NCBI GenBank assembly: GCA_963846545.1
Contig: CAWJWG010000001.1
Location: 2,442,055-2,506,054, forward strand
Direction of reading: 5' to 3'
DNA length: 64,000 nt
From: an uncultured Gemmatimonadales bacterium
Lineage (GTDB): Bacteria; Gemmatimonadota; Gemmatimonadetes; Gemmatimonadales; GWC2-71-9
In this document: positions 48,689 through 59,400 of the stretch, one piece after another
How the letters are laid out: each line of letters begins with the position of its first letter
Numbering within the stretch: position 1 is the stretch's first letter
Notes under the pieces: model-generated
The model's input: only the letters and a program-made list of their open reading frames with translations
The model's database searches: none
What the model was told of the DNA's origin: nothing
Translations under genes and position numbers: made by a program

Positions 48689-49703
48689 TCACCCCATCGG
48701 ATGTCGGTGAGCCGCCGAGTACCGGCCGGTCACGAAGTGTTCCAGCTGGCGCTCGATGTCGGTCAGCAGCGCGCTCGCGCCGAAGCGGAAGAGCGACGGC
48801 CGGAGCCACGGATCGCCCAGCTCGTCCTTGATCAGCGCCAGCCAGTCGAGCGCGTCCTTGGCCGCGCGGATCCCGCCGGCGGGCTTGAAGTCCCACCCGG
48901 TACCCCGTGCGCTCGCCGTACTCCCGGATCGCGCGCGACATGACCAGCCCCACCGGGAGGGTGGCGTTCACCGCTTCCTTCCCGGTGGACGTCTTGATGA
49001 AGTCCGCGCCGGCCATCATGCAGACGACGCTCGCGCGAGCCACGTTGGCCAGGGTGCCGAGCTCACCGGTGCCGAGGATGGTCTTGATGTGGGCGTCGCC
49101 GCAGGCCTCACGCATCGCCCGGATCTCGTCGTACAGCGCCCGCCAGTTGCCGGTGAGCACGTGCGCGCGGGTGATGACGATGTCGATCTCGTCGGCGCCC
49201 GCGGCGACCGAGGCCCGGATCTCGGCGAGCCGCTGCTCGAAGGGCGAGAGGCCCGCCGGAAACCCCGTGGACACGGCGGCCACGGGGATCCCCGATCCCT
49301 CCAGCGCCGACACCGCGGTCTCGACGAAGGCGTGGTAGACGCACACCGCCGCGACCCGGATCGGCAGCTGCTCGGCGCCCATGGCCTCCAGCAGGTCATC
49401 CCGAACCGGGCGCCTCGCCTTGGCGCAGAGCCGGCGAACCCGCCCCGGTGTGTCGTCGCTCGAGAGCGTCGTCAGGTCCATCAGCGTCACCGCGCGGAGC
49501 AGCCACGCCGCCTGCCATTCCTTCTTCACCGTGCGCCGGGAGCGCAGCGTCGCCGCGCGGCGCTCGACCGCGCTCCGGTTGACCCGGACCTCCTCGACCC
49601 AGTCGAGCTCCAGCGGCAACCCCGGATTGCGGGGCACCACCGGGAGGTCGAGCGGACCGGCGGGGGACGGGGCCATGAGCCGTGGTTTGGGCGAATCAGA
49701 CAT
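48689..49703 (-). pseudogene. deoC: deoxyribose-phosphate aldolase (long form), C-terminal frame change (possible sequencing error)
   Basis: TTLSSDDTP, AAVCVY, DEIDIVI, FIKTSTGK (Schiff-base Lys) are in the frame of 49703. After about 48887 the conserved continuation FKPAGGIRAAKDALDWL...LFRFGASALL reads in the adjacent frame and stops at 48689. Confidence 0.8.
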
Positions 49704-49944
49704 ACGTCATGAACATATCGCTTCCCGCGCTCGGCGATATGGTAGTGGGGTCTCCGGCCTCTGCCAATTCGACAGGGACCACGAAGCCGGGCCTTCCCCG
49801 TCGGTTTCCCCCGCTTCCCCATCCCGCGATGTCCCGGCGGGCACAGACGCGCCCACGAGACCCGCGACACAATCGGGGCTCGGATCGTGTAGTATTATCT
49901 CAAGGCAGGATGCGCCATTCCAACGCTTTCCGAAGGACTGCTCG

Positions 49945-51519
<1,575 letters not shown>

Positions 51520-51539
51520 CCCCATCTCGCTCACCTTCG

Positions 51540-51565
51540 GAAGGGGCCGCATTCGCGGTCCCTTC
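51540..51565 (+). terminator. GC-rich hairpin after htrA (candidate terminator, no U-tract)
   Basis: GAAGGGGCCGC-ATTC-GCGGTCCCTTC: 11-bp stem with one mismatch, 21 nt after the stop. Confidence 0.4.
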
Positions 51566-51616
51566 TGCTAGCAGCCACCCGCAAAGAACCGGCACACTGC
51601 ACCCGGAGTCGCTCCG

Positions 51617-51886
51617 ATGACCACCTCTGCTGAGACCGCATGGATGAATCACCCGGCCATCAGGGCCCTGGTGGACCAGGCCGCCACCCTGGCCCTGGAG
51701 GAGCGCATCACGCTGGTCAAAGGCCTCGTCCCGGGCATCGCGGACGCGCTGTCGGAAGAGGAGTACGAGCAGTTCGTCACCTTCATCCGGCTCAAGGGAG
51801 AGCGGTTCCTGGAGGCCAAGGCTCATCCGGGCGAAGGCCGGGCCGAGCGCCATGTGCCCGGCGAACGGGAGCTCGAGGGCCGGTGA
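51617..51886 (+). CDS. hypothetical small acidic protein (89 aa)
   Basis: GGAG 8 nt upstream of the ATG. Strong GC3 bias. No recognisable motif. Confidence 0.55.
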   Translation: MTTSAETAWMNHPAIRALVDQAATLALEERITLVKGLVPGIADALSEEEYEQFVTFIRLKGERFLEAKAHPGEGRAERHVPGERELEGR

Positions 51887-51989
51887 AGGGTTCAGCCCCG
51901 GGACCGGGGCGTATAGGATAGGTGCAGTCCGCAGGGGGCTGGAGACGGGTCGGGGTGGACGGAGTCCAACCGCGAACGGAGCGACGCGC

Positions 51990-53669
51990 ATGAGGCGGTG
52001 GGTACGAACGGCGGGATGGGTGCTGGCGATCGGGGCGGCCGCATGCGGCGGGCAGGACCGCGCGCAGACGACGCAATCCGAGGCCGGCGCCGGGCCGACC
52101 ATCGACCAGAAGCTCGCGCAGTATACATCGGTCCGGCTCACCGCCGACCTGTCCGGCCTGAGCGACCGCGAGCGCCGGATGATCCCGCTCCTCATCCAGG
52201 CCGTCCAGGAGATGGACACGATCTTCTGGCAGCAGGTGTATCCCGCCCGCGACTCTCTGCTCGGCGCGATAGCCGACAGCGCCACCCAGCGGTACGTCCT
52301 GCTCAACTACGGTCCCTGGGACCGCCTCGACGGCAATGCACCGTTCGTAGCCGGTGTCGGGCATCGGCCCGATGGTGCCGCGTTCTATCCGAGCGACATG
52401 TCGAAGGAGGAGTTCGACAGCGCGGCCAAGGCCAGCGCGGCGGCGGGAGCGGCGCTTCGTGGCCTTTACACCGCCGTACGGCGCGATTCGTCCGGCCGGC
52501 TCGTGACCGTGCCCTACCGCGTAGCCTACGCCGAGCCGAGCCGCCGGGCGGCCGCCAAGCTGCGCGAGGCCGCCTCGCTCGCGGACGACAAGGGGCTCAA
52601 GCGCTACCTCGAGCTTCGCGCGACCGCCCTCGAGACGGACAACTATCAGCCGAGCGATCTGGCGTGGATGGATATGAAGTCCAACGGCCTCGATGTGGTG
52701 ATCGGCCCGATCGAGACCTACGATGATGCTCTCTTCGGCTACAAGGCGGCGCACGAAGGCTACGTCCTGATCAAGGATCGCGGATGGAGCGAGCGGCTGG
52801 CGCGCTACGCCAAGCTGCTCCCCGCCCTGCAGCGCGGCCTGCCGGTGGCGGAGGCCTACAAGCGGGAGAAGCCGGGCACTGATTCCGACCTCAACGCCTA
52901 CGACGCGGTGTACTACGCCGGCCAGGCGAACTCCGGCTCCAAGACCATCGCCATCAATCTGCCCAACGACGAGCAGGTCCAGCTCAGGAAGGGCACCCGC
53001 CGGCTGCAGCTCAAGAACGCCATGCGCGCCAAGTTCGACCGGATCCTCATGCCGATCGGTGAGGAGCTGATCGTCGACGACCAGCGCGATCACATCGAGT
53101 TCGACGCCTTCTTCGCCAACGTCATGTTCCACGAGGTGGCGCACGGGCTGGGGATCAAGAACACGGTCGCCGGCAAGGGCACGGTCCGCGACGCGCTGAA
53201 AGAGCAGGCGGGCACGCTGGAGGAGGGCAAGGCCGACATCCTGGGACTCTACATGATCACCCGCCTCCAGCAGCAGGGTGAGCTCCCCGACGCGGACCTG
53301 GACGACAACTACGTCACCTTCCTCGCCGGCATCTTCCGCTCCATCCGGTTCGGTGCCGCCAGTGCGCACGGCCGGGCGAACACCGCCGAGCTCTCCTTTC
53401 TGCGGGACCACGGCGCCTTCACCCGCGACTCGGCGAGCGGCCGGTATCGAGTGGACTTTCCGAAGATGCGGATGGCCGTGGATTCGATGGCGGCGACGAT
53501 CCTGCGTTACCAGGGCGACGGCGACTACGAGGGCGTGCGCCGCTTCCTGACCGAGCGGGGCGCTATCCCCGCCGAGCTCCAGGGCGACCTGGACCGCCTC
53601 GGCAGCAAGGGCATTCCGGTGGACATCGTCTTCGAGCAGGGTGTGGACGTGCTCGGAGCGGCGCGGTAG
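51990..53669 (+). CDS. lipoprotein zinc hydrolase with DPP-III (M49)-like HExxH / EExxAD motifs
   Basis: Start MRRWVRTAGWVLAIGAAACGG (lipobox). FHEVAHGLG and LEEGKADILG about 30 aa apart. Confidence 0.7.
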   Translation: MRRWVRTAGWVLAIGAAACGGQDRAQTTQSEAGAGPTIDQKLAQYTSVRLTADLSGLSDRERRMIPLLIQAVQEMDTIFWQQVYPARDSLLGAIADSATQRYVLLNYGPWDRLDGNAPFVAGVGHRPDGAAFYPSDMSKEEFDSAAKASAAAGAALRGLYTAVRRDSSGRLVTVPYRVAYAEPSRRAAAKLREAASLADDKGLKRYLELRATALETDNYQPSDLAWMDMKSNGLDVVIGPIETYDDALFGYKAAHEGYVLIKDRGWSERLARYAKLLPALQRGLPVAEAYKREKPGTDSDLNAYDAVYYAGQANSGSKTIAINLPNDEQVQLRKGTRRLQLKNAMRAKFDRILMPIGEELIVDDQRDHIEFDAFFANVMFHEVAHGLGIKNTVAGKGTVRDALKEQAGTLEEGKADILGLYMITRLQQQGELPDADLDDNYVTFLAGIFRSIRFGAASAHGRANTAELSFLRDHGAFTRDSASGRYRVDFPKMRMAVDSMAATILRYQGDGDYEGVRRFLTERGAIPAELQGDLDRLGSKGIPVDIVFEQGVDVLGAAR

Positions 53670-54469
53670 TGGCGGGCGGGGCCAAGGTCGTGGATATCGA
53701 GCCGGTCGGTCGTGGTGGCTGCCGCCGCTTCGTCGTCCCGATACTCTTTCTCTTCGCGCTGGGCGTCGGCGCGTGGTACGTCGCGTTCCGCCCGCGGCAG
53801 CGGCCGACACCTCCCGTCCTCGCGATCGATGTGCGCTCCAACATCACGCAGGATGGCGACTCCCTCCGGGTCGCGGTGGACTGGCGCCTCGTGCTCCCGC
53901 GTGGACCCGAGCTGGCGGAATCGGCGCGCGTCGAGGTGGGAATGAACGACGGGCAGGTGTCCATGGTGTCCACCGTGCCGGCCGACGAACACGTCGACAC
54001 GCTCTGGGTGCCCGCACCCGATCAGGGACAGACCGCCAGCGGGTATTCCTGCGTCGCCCCGATGACGCGCGGTCGGCTGAGCCGTGAGAGCTGCACACCG
54101 TGGCAGTTCGTCCGGCCGACCGCGGGCAGCTCGCAAGCCGATTCGGCGCCGGCCGTTCCGCCCGGCAAGAAGCCCCCGGCCTCCCGGGTAAGCCGGATCG
54201 AGGTGCAGCCGTCCGGCATGCAGGTGGATCTGGACCAGAACGGGCGCTGCGCCGCGTGGCAACGCGCCAATCCCGGGCGATCGGTGTGGGTGATGGTGAA
54301 CAAGGAGGCGGTGCGGGAGTGCACCGGGCCAAACGGCAAGCCGACCGTGGCGCAGTTCTGCGCCTTTGCCGTCCTCACCGATGGCCGGCGGGTGAAGACC
54401 CTCAGCTCCGCGAAGGTGGACTACTGCAACGAGCTCTTCGCGGCGTGGAGCGAGCAGCGCACGGCCTAG
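53669..54469 (+). CDS. hypothetical N-terminally anchored protein with six extracytoplasmic Cys
   Basis: GTG overlaps the preceding TAG (TAGTG). One TM (FVVPILFLFALGVGAWYVAF). High GC3. No recognisable motif. Confidence 0.5.
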   Translation: MAGGAKVVDIEPVGRGGCRRFVVPILFLFALGVGAWYVAFRPRQRPTPPVLAIDVRSNITQDGDSLRVAVDWRLVLPRGPELAESARVEVGMNDGQVSMVSTVPADEHVDTLWVPAPDQGQTASGYSCVAPMTRGRLSRESCTPWQFVRPTAGSSQADSAPAVPPGKKPPASRVSRIEVQPSGMQVDLDQNGRCAAWQRANPGRSVWVMVNKEAVRECTGPNGKPTVAQFCAFAVLTDGRRVKTLSSAKVDYCNELFAAWSEQRTA

Positions 54470-54655
54470 GCCATCGAACCGCGGTCTCGGCTCAGAACTT
54501 TACTTGAGCCTGTGTGACCAGCGTCCCCCGGCGGACCCCCGGCTCCCCGATCTCCACGACACGTAATTCGCAATCAGCCGCACCCTTGTCTCCCGAAAAC
54601 TCCACGCCCTCCCGCCGAGGTCACGCGGTTTCCGGCTGTCGGCGCCGACCATAAA

Positions 54656-54684
54656 TTGCCTTCATAGGTATCTTAAGGTACAAT
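54656..54684 (+). promoter_or_regulatory. sigma70-like promoter (TTGCCT-17-TACAAT) containing a 12/14 palindrome GTATCTTAAGGTAC
   Basis: AT-rich island in a GC-rich genome, 22 nt upstream of the ATG at 54706. The palindrome 54668-54681 spans the spacer and the -10 box. Confidence 0.45.
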
Positions 54685-54705
54685 AGTGGAACATAGAGGC
54701 GAGAT

Positions 54706-55101
54706 ATGCAGCTCATCAGTGCCGCCGAAGCCGCCGAGTACCTGCGCTTGAACGTCAAGCGAGTCCAGGCTCTCGCCCGCGAGGGCCGACTCCCGGGACG
54801 CCGGGTCGGCCGTAAGTGGCTCTTCGACCGCCGCGACCTCGACCACGCTCTAGGCGGCGCGGGAGCAGCGGAGGTGCCGGGCCTCGACCTCAGCGCCAGA
54901 AATCAGCTCCGAGGGACGCTCGCCGCGCTCACCATCGATGGTGTCATGGCGGAAGTGCGCATCCGGATCGGGGACCAGGAGCTCGTGTCCATCATCACCC
55001 GCGCATCCGCTGAGCGACTGGGTCTGCGTCCCGGTGACGCGGTCGTCGCCGTGATCAAGTCCACCGAGATCATGATCGGCAAGGAGTCCGCACCACGATG
55101 A
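54706..55101 (+). CDS. excisionase/MerR-type HTH fused to a single TOBE (Mop, molybdate-binding) domain; putative molybdate-responsive regulator
   Basis: N-terminal LISAAEAAEYLRLNVKRVQALAREGRLPGRRVGRKWLFDRRDL. C-terminal SARNQLRGTL..I..DGVMAEV.I.IG...LVSIIT..S...LGL..GD.V.AVIKST. Confidence 0.85.
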   Translation: MQLISAAEAAEYLRLNVKRVQALAREGRLPGRRVGRKWLFDRRDLDHALGGAGAAEVPGLDLSARNQLRGTLAALTIDGVMAEVRIRIGDQELVSIITRASAERLGLRPGDAVVAVIKSTEIMIGKESAPR

Positions 55102-55886
55102 AGAGTCTGCGGCTCGCCGGGCTGCTCGTCCTGCTCGGCGGTTCCCCCGCGGCGGCACAGGGAGCGGGCCGCGGCGGTCTCACCGTGTTCGCGGCCGCCT
55201 CCCTCACCGACGCGTTCCGCGAGCTGGGGTCGATGCTCCCCGGCGGGACGCCCGTGCAGTTCAACTTCGCCGGCTCGCAGCAGCTCGCGGTGCAGATCGA
55301 GCAGGGCGCGCGCGCGGATGTCTTCGCCTCGGCGGACCAGCGGTGGATGGAGTACATGCAGGAGAAGACGCTGACCGACGGAGAGCCCAGGCTGTTCGCC
55401 CACAACCGGCTCGTCCTGATCGTCCCGAAGTCGAATCCTGGGCGCATCCGCCGGCTGCAGGATCTGGCCAGGCGCGGCATCAAGCTCGTGGTCGGCGCCG
55501 AGGCGGTGCCGGTCGGCAAGTACTCCCGCGAGGCGATCCGGAATCTCGCCGGTGTCGACGGGTATCCCGCCGACTACACCGAGCGAGTCCTCGGAAACGT
55601 GGTGTCGCAGGAGGAGAACGCGAAGGCGGTCGTCGCCAAGGTGCAGCTCGGCGAAGCCGATGCCGGGTTCGTCTACCGCTCCGACGTCGGCTCGGCGGTC
55701 GCCCGCTACGTGAACGTGCTCGAGCTGCCGGACGACGCCAACGTGCTGGCGAGCTATCCGATCGTGGTGCTGGCCCGATCGGGGCACGCCGAGGCGGCGC
55801 GCGCGTTCGTCGACCTCGTCACCGGCTCCGAGGGCCAGCGGGTGCTGACGAAGCACGGCCTCATGCCGGTGGGCGCCACACCCTGA
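55098..55886 (+). CDS. modA: molybdate ABC transporter substrate-binding protein
   Basis: ATGA overlap with the regulator. Signal peptide. LTVFAAASLTDAF, FNFAGSQQLAVQIEQGA.ADVFASAD, GEADAGFVY.SD. Confidence 0.9.
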   Translation: MKSLRLAGLLVLLGGSPAAAQGAGRGGLTVFAAASLTDAFRELGSMLPGGTPVQFNFAGSQQLAVQIEQGARADVFASADQRWMEYMQEKTLTDGEPRLFAHNRLVLIVPKSNPGRIRRLQDLARRGIKLVVGAEAVPVGKYSREAIRNLAGVDGYPADYTERVLGNVVSQEENAKAVVAKVQLGEADAGFVYRSDVGSAVARYVNVLELPDDANVLASYPIVVLARSGHAEAARAFVDLVTGSEGQRVLTKHGLMPVGATP

Positions 55887-55897
55887 CCCGGAGCAGT

Positions 55898-56701
55898 GTG
55901 TGGGTCGTGCTCGCCGCGCTCGCGGCGGCCGGCCTCGTGGCTCTGCTCGGCCTCCCGTTGGCCGCCCTCGCCGTCCGCGTCCCCACGGCGGAGCTGATCG
56001 CCAGGCTCGGCGATCCCATCGTGCTCCAGGCGTTACGCCTCAGCCTGTTCACCAGCGTAGCGGCGACGCTCGTGGTCGCGGTGCTGGGGTTGCCGGTCGC
56101 CTACGTGCTGGCCACCCGGGACTTCCCCGGCAAGCGCCTGCTCGAGGTGCTGATCGACCTGCCGATGGTGCTGCCGCCGACGGTCGCCGGCGTGGGACTG
56201 CTGCTCGCGTTCGGGCGCAACGGGCTCGCCGGGGGCGCACTGGAGGCCGTTGGACTCTCGATTCCCTTCACCACGCTCGCCGTCGTGATCGCGCAGGTCT
56301 TCGTGGCGGCGCCCTTCTTCATCGCCGCGACGCGCGCCGGCCTGAGCGAGGTGGACCCCCGCTATCTCGACGCGGCCGCGACCCTGCGGTCGTCACCCGG
56401 CCGGACCCTGCTGTGGGTGATGCTGCCGCTCGCCTTCCCCTCCCTGCTGGCGGGCGCGGCGATGACCTGGGCCCGGGCGCTGGGCGAGTTCGGTGCCACC
56501 ATCACGTTTGCGGGCAACATGCCGGGCGTGACCCAGACGATGCCGCTCGCCGTTTACATCGCGCTGCAGAGCGACCTCGATGCCGCGGTGGCGATGTCGG
56601 TCCTCCTCCTCGCGCTGTCGGTCGCCGTGCTGCTGGCCATCCGCTTCGCGGCTCCGCACGCCGCCCTGCCGCTCCGCCGTGCTCGACGTCCGGCTTCGTA
56701 G
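55898..56701 (+). CDS. modB: molybdate ABC transporter permease
   Basis: GTG 55898 after GGAG. LIDLPMVLPPTVAG, EAA loop LDAAATLRSSP, FGATITFAGN. Confidence 0.85.
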   Translation: MWVVLAALAAAGLVALLGLPLAALAVRVPTAELIARLGDPIVLQALRLSLFTSVAATLVVAVLGLPVAYVLATRDFPGKRLLEVLIDLPMVLPPTVAGVGLLLAFGRNGLAGGALEAVGLSIPFTTLAVVIAQVFVAAPFFIAATRAGLSEVDPRYLDAAATLRSSPGRTLLWVMLPLAFPSLLAGAAMTWARALGEFGATITFAGNMPGVTQTMPLAVYIALQSDLDAAVAMSVLLLALSVAVLLAIRFAAPHAALPLRRARRPAS

Positions 56702-57746
56702 CCGCCGCGGGGCGTTCGAGCTCGACGTCGCGTTCGAGGCGCCGGACGCCGCCACGACCGTGCTGGTGGGCGAGAGCGGCGCCGGCAAGACCTCGATCCT
56801 GCGTCTCGCGGCCGGGCTGGATCACCCGGAGGCCGGCCGGATCGCGCTGGACGGCGAGGTCTACGCGGATGCCGAGGCGGGCATCGCGATTCCCCCCTGG
56901 CAGCGGGACATCGGGTACGTGGCGCAGGACTACGCACTGTTTCCCCATCTTACCATTGCGCGGAACGTCAGCTTCGGACTGGAGGCGGCGGGTGCACCGC
57001 GCGGCGCGATCGACGCCCGCGTCGCGGCGGCGCTTCAGCGCACCGGGATACCGGAGTTGGGAGCGCGGCTGCCGGGCTCGCTCTCCGGCGGACAGCAGCA
57101 ACGCGTCGCGCTGGCGCGCGCCCTGGTGCTCGATCCCCGGCTCCTGCTGCTGGACGAGCCGCTGGCGGCGCTCGACCTGCAGACCCGCCGGGTGATCCGG
57201 GGCGAGTTGCGCGATCTGCTCCGAGCCCTCGGCTGCGTCACTCTCTACGTCACCCACAGTCCCATCGAGGCGCTGCTGTTCGGCGACCGGATCGTGGTGG
57301 TGGAGCGAGGCCGCGTGTCCCAGATCGGCACTCGAGACGAGCTCCTGCGCTACCCGCGGTCGCGCTATGTGGCCGAGCTCATGGGGACGAACTTGTTCGC
57401 GGGAGTGGCGGGGGCCGGCGGCGAGGGGACGGTCGTGCGGACTGGCGAGGGCGATCTCGCGGTCTACGATGCGGCGAATCCGGGGGATCTGTTCGTGGCC
57501 GTCGATCCGAAGCAGATCACGATTCACGTTCGCCCGCCCGAGGGGAGCGCGCAGAATGTGCTGACCGGGCCGATCCTCGAGCTGGCGCCGGAGCCGCCCT
57601 CGGGCGATCGGCTGCGGGTCGTGCTCGGCACCCGGCCACCGCTGGTGGCGGAAGTGACGCGCGAGGCGGTGGCGGAGCTGGGGCTTCGGGAGGGGCTCGT
57701 GGTCCACGCGAGCTTCAAGGCCACCGGTACGCGCACGTATCGGTAG
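56679..57746 (+). CDS. modC: molybdate ABC transporter ATP-binding protein with C-terminal TOBE domain
   Basis: [35 protein letters not shown], and a TOBE-like tail. The start (GTG 56679, overlapping modB) is approximate. Confidence 0.85.
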   Translation: MLDVRLRSRRGAFELDVAFEAPDAATTVLVGESGAGKTSILRLAAGLDHPEAGRIALDGEVYADAEAGIAIPPWQRDIGYVAQDYALFPHLTIARNVSFGLEAAGAPRGAIDARVAAALQRTGIPELGARLPGSLSGGQQQRVALARALVLDPRLLLLDEPLAALDLQTRRVIRGELRDLLRALGCVTLYVTHSPIEALLFGDRIVVVERGRVSQIGTRDELLRYPRSRYVAELMGTNLFAGVAGAGGEGTVVRTGEGDLAVYDAANPGDLFVAVDPKQITIHVRPPEGSAQNVLTGPILELAPEPPSGDRLRVVLGTRPPLVAEVTREAVAELGLREGLVVHASFKATGTRTYR

Positions 57747-57761
57747 CCGGCCCGCCGGCCG

Positions 57762-58352
57762 TTATCCTGCAGCGCGGCCTGGGGCCTTTGCGACACGGAA
57801 GCGGAGGTGGGTCACGGTCCCCACCACGGGCTTTCCTTCGGGGATCAACTCGACCCGCTCCCCGTCGAACAGTGGCGTTCCCTCGCCCAGCAGGAGCGGA
57901 GCGATGTGGATGCGTATCTCATCGAGCAGGTGTGCTCTGAGCAACTGGCGGGCGACATCGGCGCCCAGCACCAGGACGTCCTTGTGCCCCGCAGCCTGCG
58001 TGGCGCGCCGGACCGCGCCCTGCAGCCCGTCGAATGCGAACGCTCCGCCGTTCTTGCCGAGGAGATTCTGCCTGGTCTGATGGGTGACCACGAAGCTGGG
58101 AATACCCGGCCACGGCGTGCCACCCCATGGGCCAAGGCCGAGATCGAACGTGCGCCGTCCGATCACCACGGCGCCAACGGTGGCGTCCACTTCTCGGCGC
58201 ACGCCGTCGTCGATCTCGCCATCGGGCCCTTCCCCGGCCATCCATGCGTGCAGGCCTTCGCCGCCATCCCCCATCGGCTCTTCCGGCCGCACATTCGGGC
58301 CGGCCGTGAACCCGTCCAGGGACATCGACACGTCCAGCACGACCTTGCTCAT
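57762..58352 (-). CDS. dihydrofolate reductase-family (RibD C-terminal domain) protein
   Basis: MSKVVLDVSMSLDGF..., VIGRRTF, LLDE..I.I.P.LLG.G..LF. Confidence 0.75.
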   Translation of the reverse strand: MSKVVLDVSMSLDGFTAGPNVRPEEPMGDGGEGLHAWMAGEGPDGEIDDGVRREVDATVGAVVIGRRTFDLGLGPWGGTPWPGIPSFVVTHQTRQNLLGKNGGAFAFDGLQGAVRRATQAAGHKDVLVLGADVARQLLRAHLLDEIRIHIAPLLLGEGTPLFDGERVELIPEGKPVVGTVTHLRFRVAKAPGRAAG

Positions 58353-58541
58353 CGCCAACCTCCGCACCTGGGGCCGCCGTCCGGCGCCGTCAGGAATAGT
58401 CTGAGTCGATCCGGCCATCCTGACATTAGCGGGAGGTGCCGCCGCCGAACAAGGCGTCCGTTCGTCGGCTCCCTTTTGCCGGCTCGTACTCGACTGCGGA
58501 CGCTCGGCCAGAGATCAGTCCCCCCGTTATGATTGAACAAT

Positions 58542-58623
58542 CGCGAACGTGGCGGAACCGGCAGACGCGCAGGACTTAGGATCCTGTCCCGCAAGGGGTC
58601 CGGGTTCGACTCCCGGCGTTCGC
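58542..58623 (+). tRNA. tRNA-Leu (anticodon UAG)
   Basis: GCGAACG acceptor pairs with CGTTCGC-A. Anticodon arm CAGGA-CTTAGGA-TCCTG. Long variable arm (CCC-GCAA-GGG). T arm CCGGG-TTCGACT-CCCGG. Confidence 0.85.
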
Positions 58624-58662
58624 ACTGCTTATCTCACCGTGCCTTCCGACAGCACCACCCTC

Positions 58663-59400
58663 TCACACGCCGCCGAACCACGGATACCCCTGGTCCTCCC
58701 AGTAACCGCCCGGCCGTTCGCTGGTGAACGTCATCGCCGTGAGATACTTGGTCAGCTTGTAGCCCAGCTTGATGGGCGAGTAGAGGCGGAGCGGAGCGCC
58801 GTGATTCACCTGCAGCGGGCGATCGTTCCAGGCGTACGCGAGGATCGTCTGGGGATGCATCGCGCTCTTGAGGTCCCACCCGTTCGAATACTTGCTGTCG
58901 AACGAGTCGAACCGGATGAATTCCGCCCGGTCGGCCGGCTCCGCCATCGCCGCCAGCGTCGAGACTGCCACGCCGGTCCAGGTCGCCACTGCCGTCCACC
59001 CCTCGACGCAATGGTGCTTCACCGTGTAGGTGACGCTCGGCAGCCGCTCGAGATCGGCGCGGCTGAGGCTCACGGGTTTGCGAACCAACCCCTCGACCCG
59101 AAGTCTCCAGGCCGCGGGATCCTTGAGCGCCGGGAATTGGCCTGTCCGGTTGCGGGTGATCGAGTAGGAAGGGAAGTCGGCCGGCGCCGTGCGCGCCGAC
59201 GCGGGGTACTGCGCCGCCAGCCGGTTGGGCGAGAGAAGGATGTGCTCCCCCACCCAATCGTTGATGCGGCTGAAGGCTCGAAGCTTCGGCTCGAGCAGCG
59301 GACCACCATTCCAGCCACAGGCGGCGAGCGTCGCGGGCGCGGCCACGATCCCCAGGCGCAGGAAGTCCCGCCGATCCAGTCCGGGCACGCGCTCAGCCAT
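58663..59400 (-). CDS. Tat-exported molybdopterin-binding oxidoreductase (sulfite oxidase / MsrP-like fold)
   Basis: Twin-Arg signal LDRRDFLRLG. HHCVEGWT. NGWDLKSAMHPQTILAYAWNDRPL...HGAPLRL. Confidence 0.8.
   Translation of the reverse strand: MAERVPGLDRRDFLRLGIVAAPATLAACGWNGGPLLEPKLRAFSRINDWVGEHILLSPNRLAAQYPASARTAPADFPSYSITRNRTGQFPALKDPAAWRLRVEGLVRKPVSLSRADLERLPSVTYTVKHHCVEGWTAVATWTGVAVSTLAAMAEPADRAEFIRFDSFDSKYSNGWDLKSAMHPQTILAYAWNDRPLQVNHGAPLRLYSPIKLGYKLTKYLTAMTFTSERPGGYWEDQGYPWFGGV

Noticed and set aside
54470-54655. Moco riboswitch upstream of the regulator-modABC operon.
   Set aside because: I could not recognise the conserved Moco core. The best promoter candidate lies downstream of this segment, so it would not be transcribed with the operon. 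This needs a covariance-model scan to settle.
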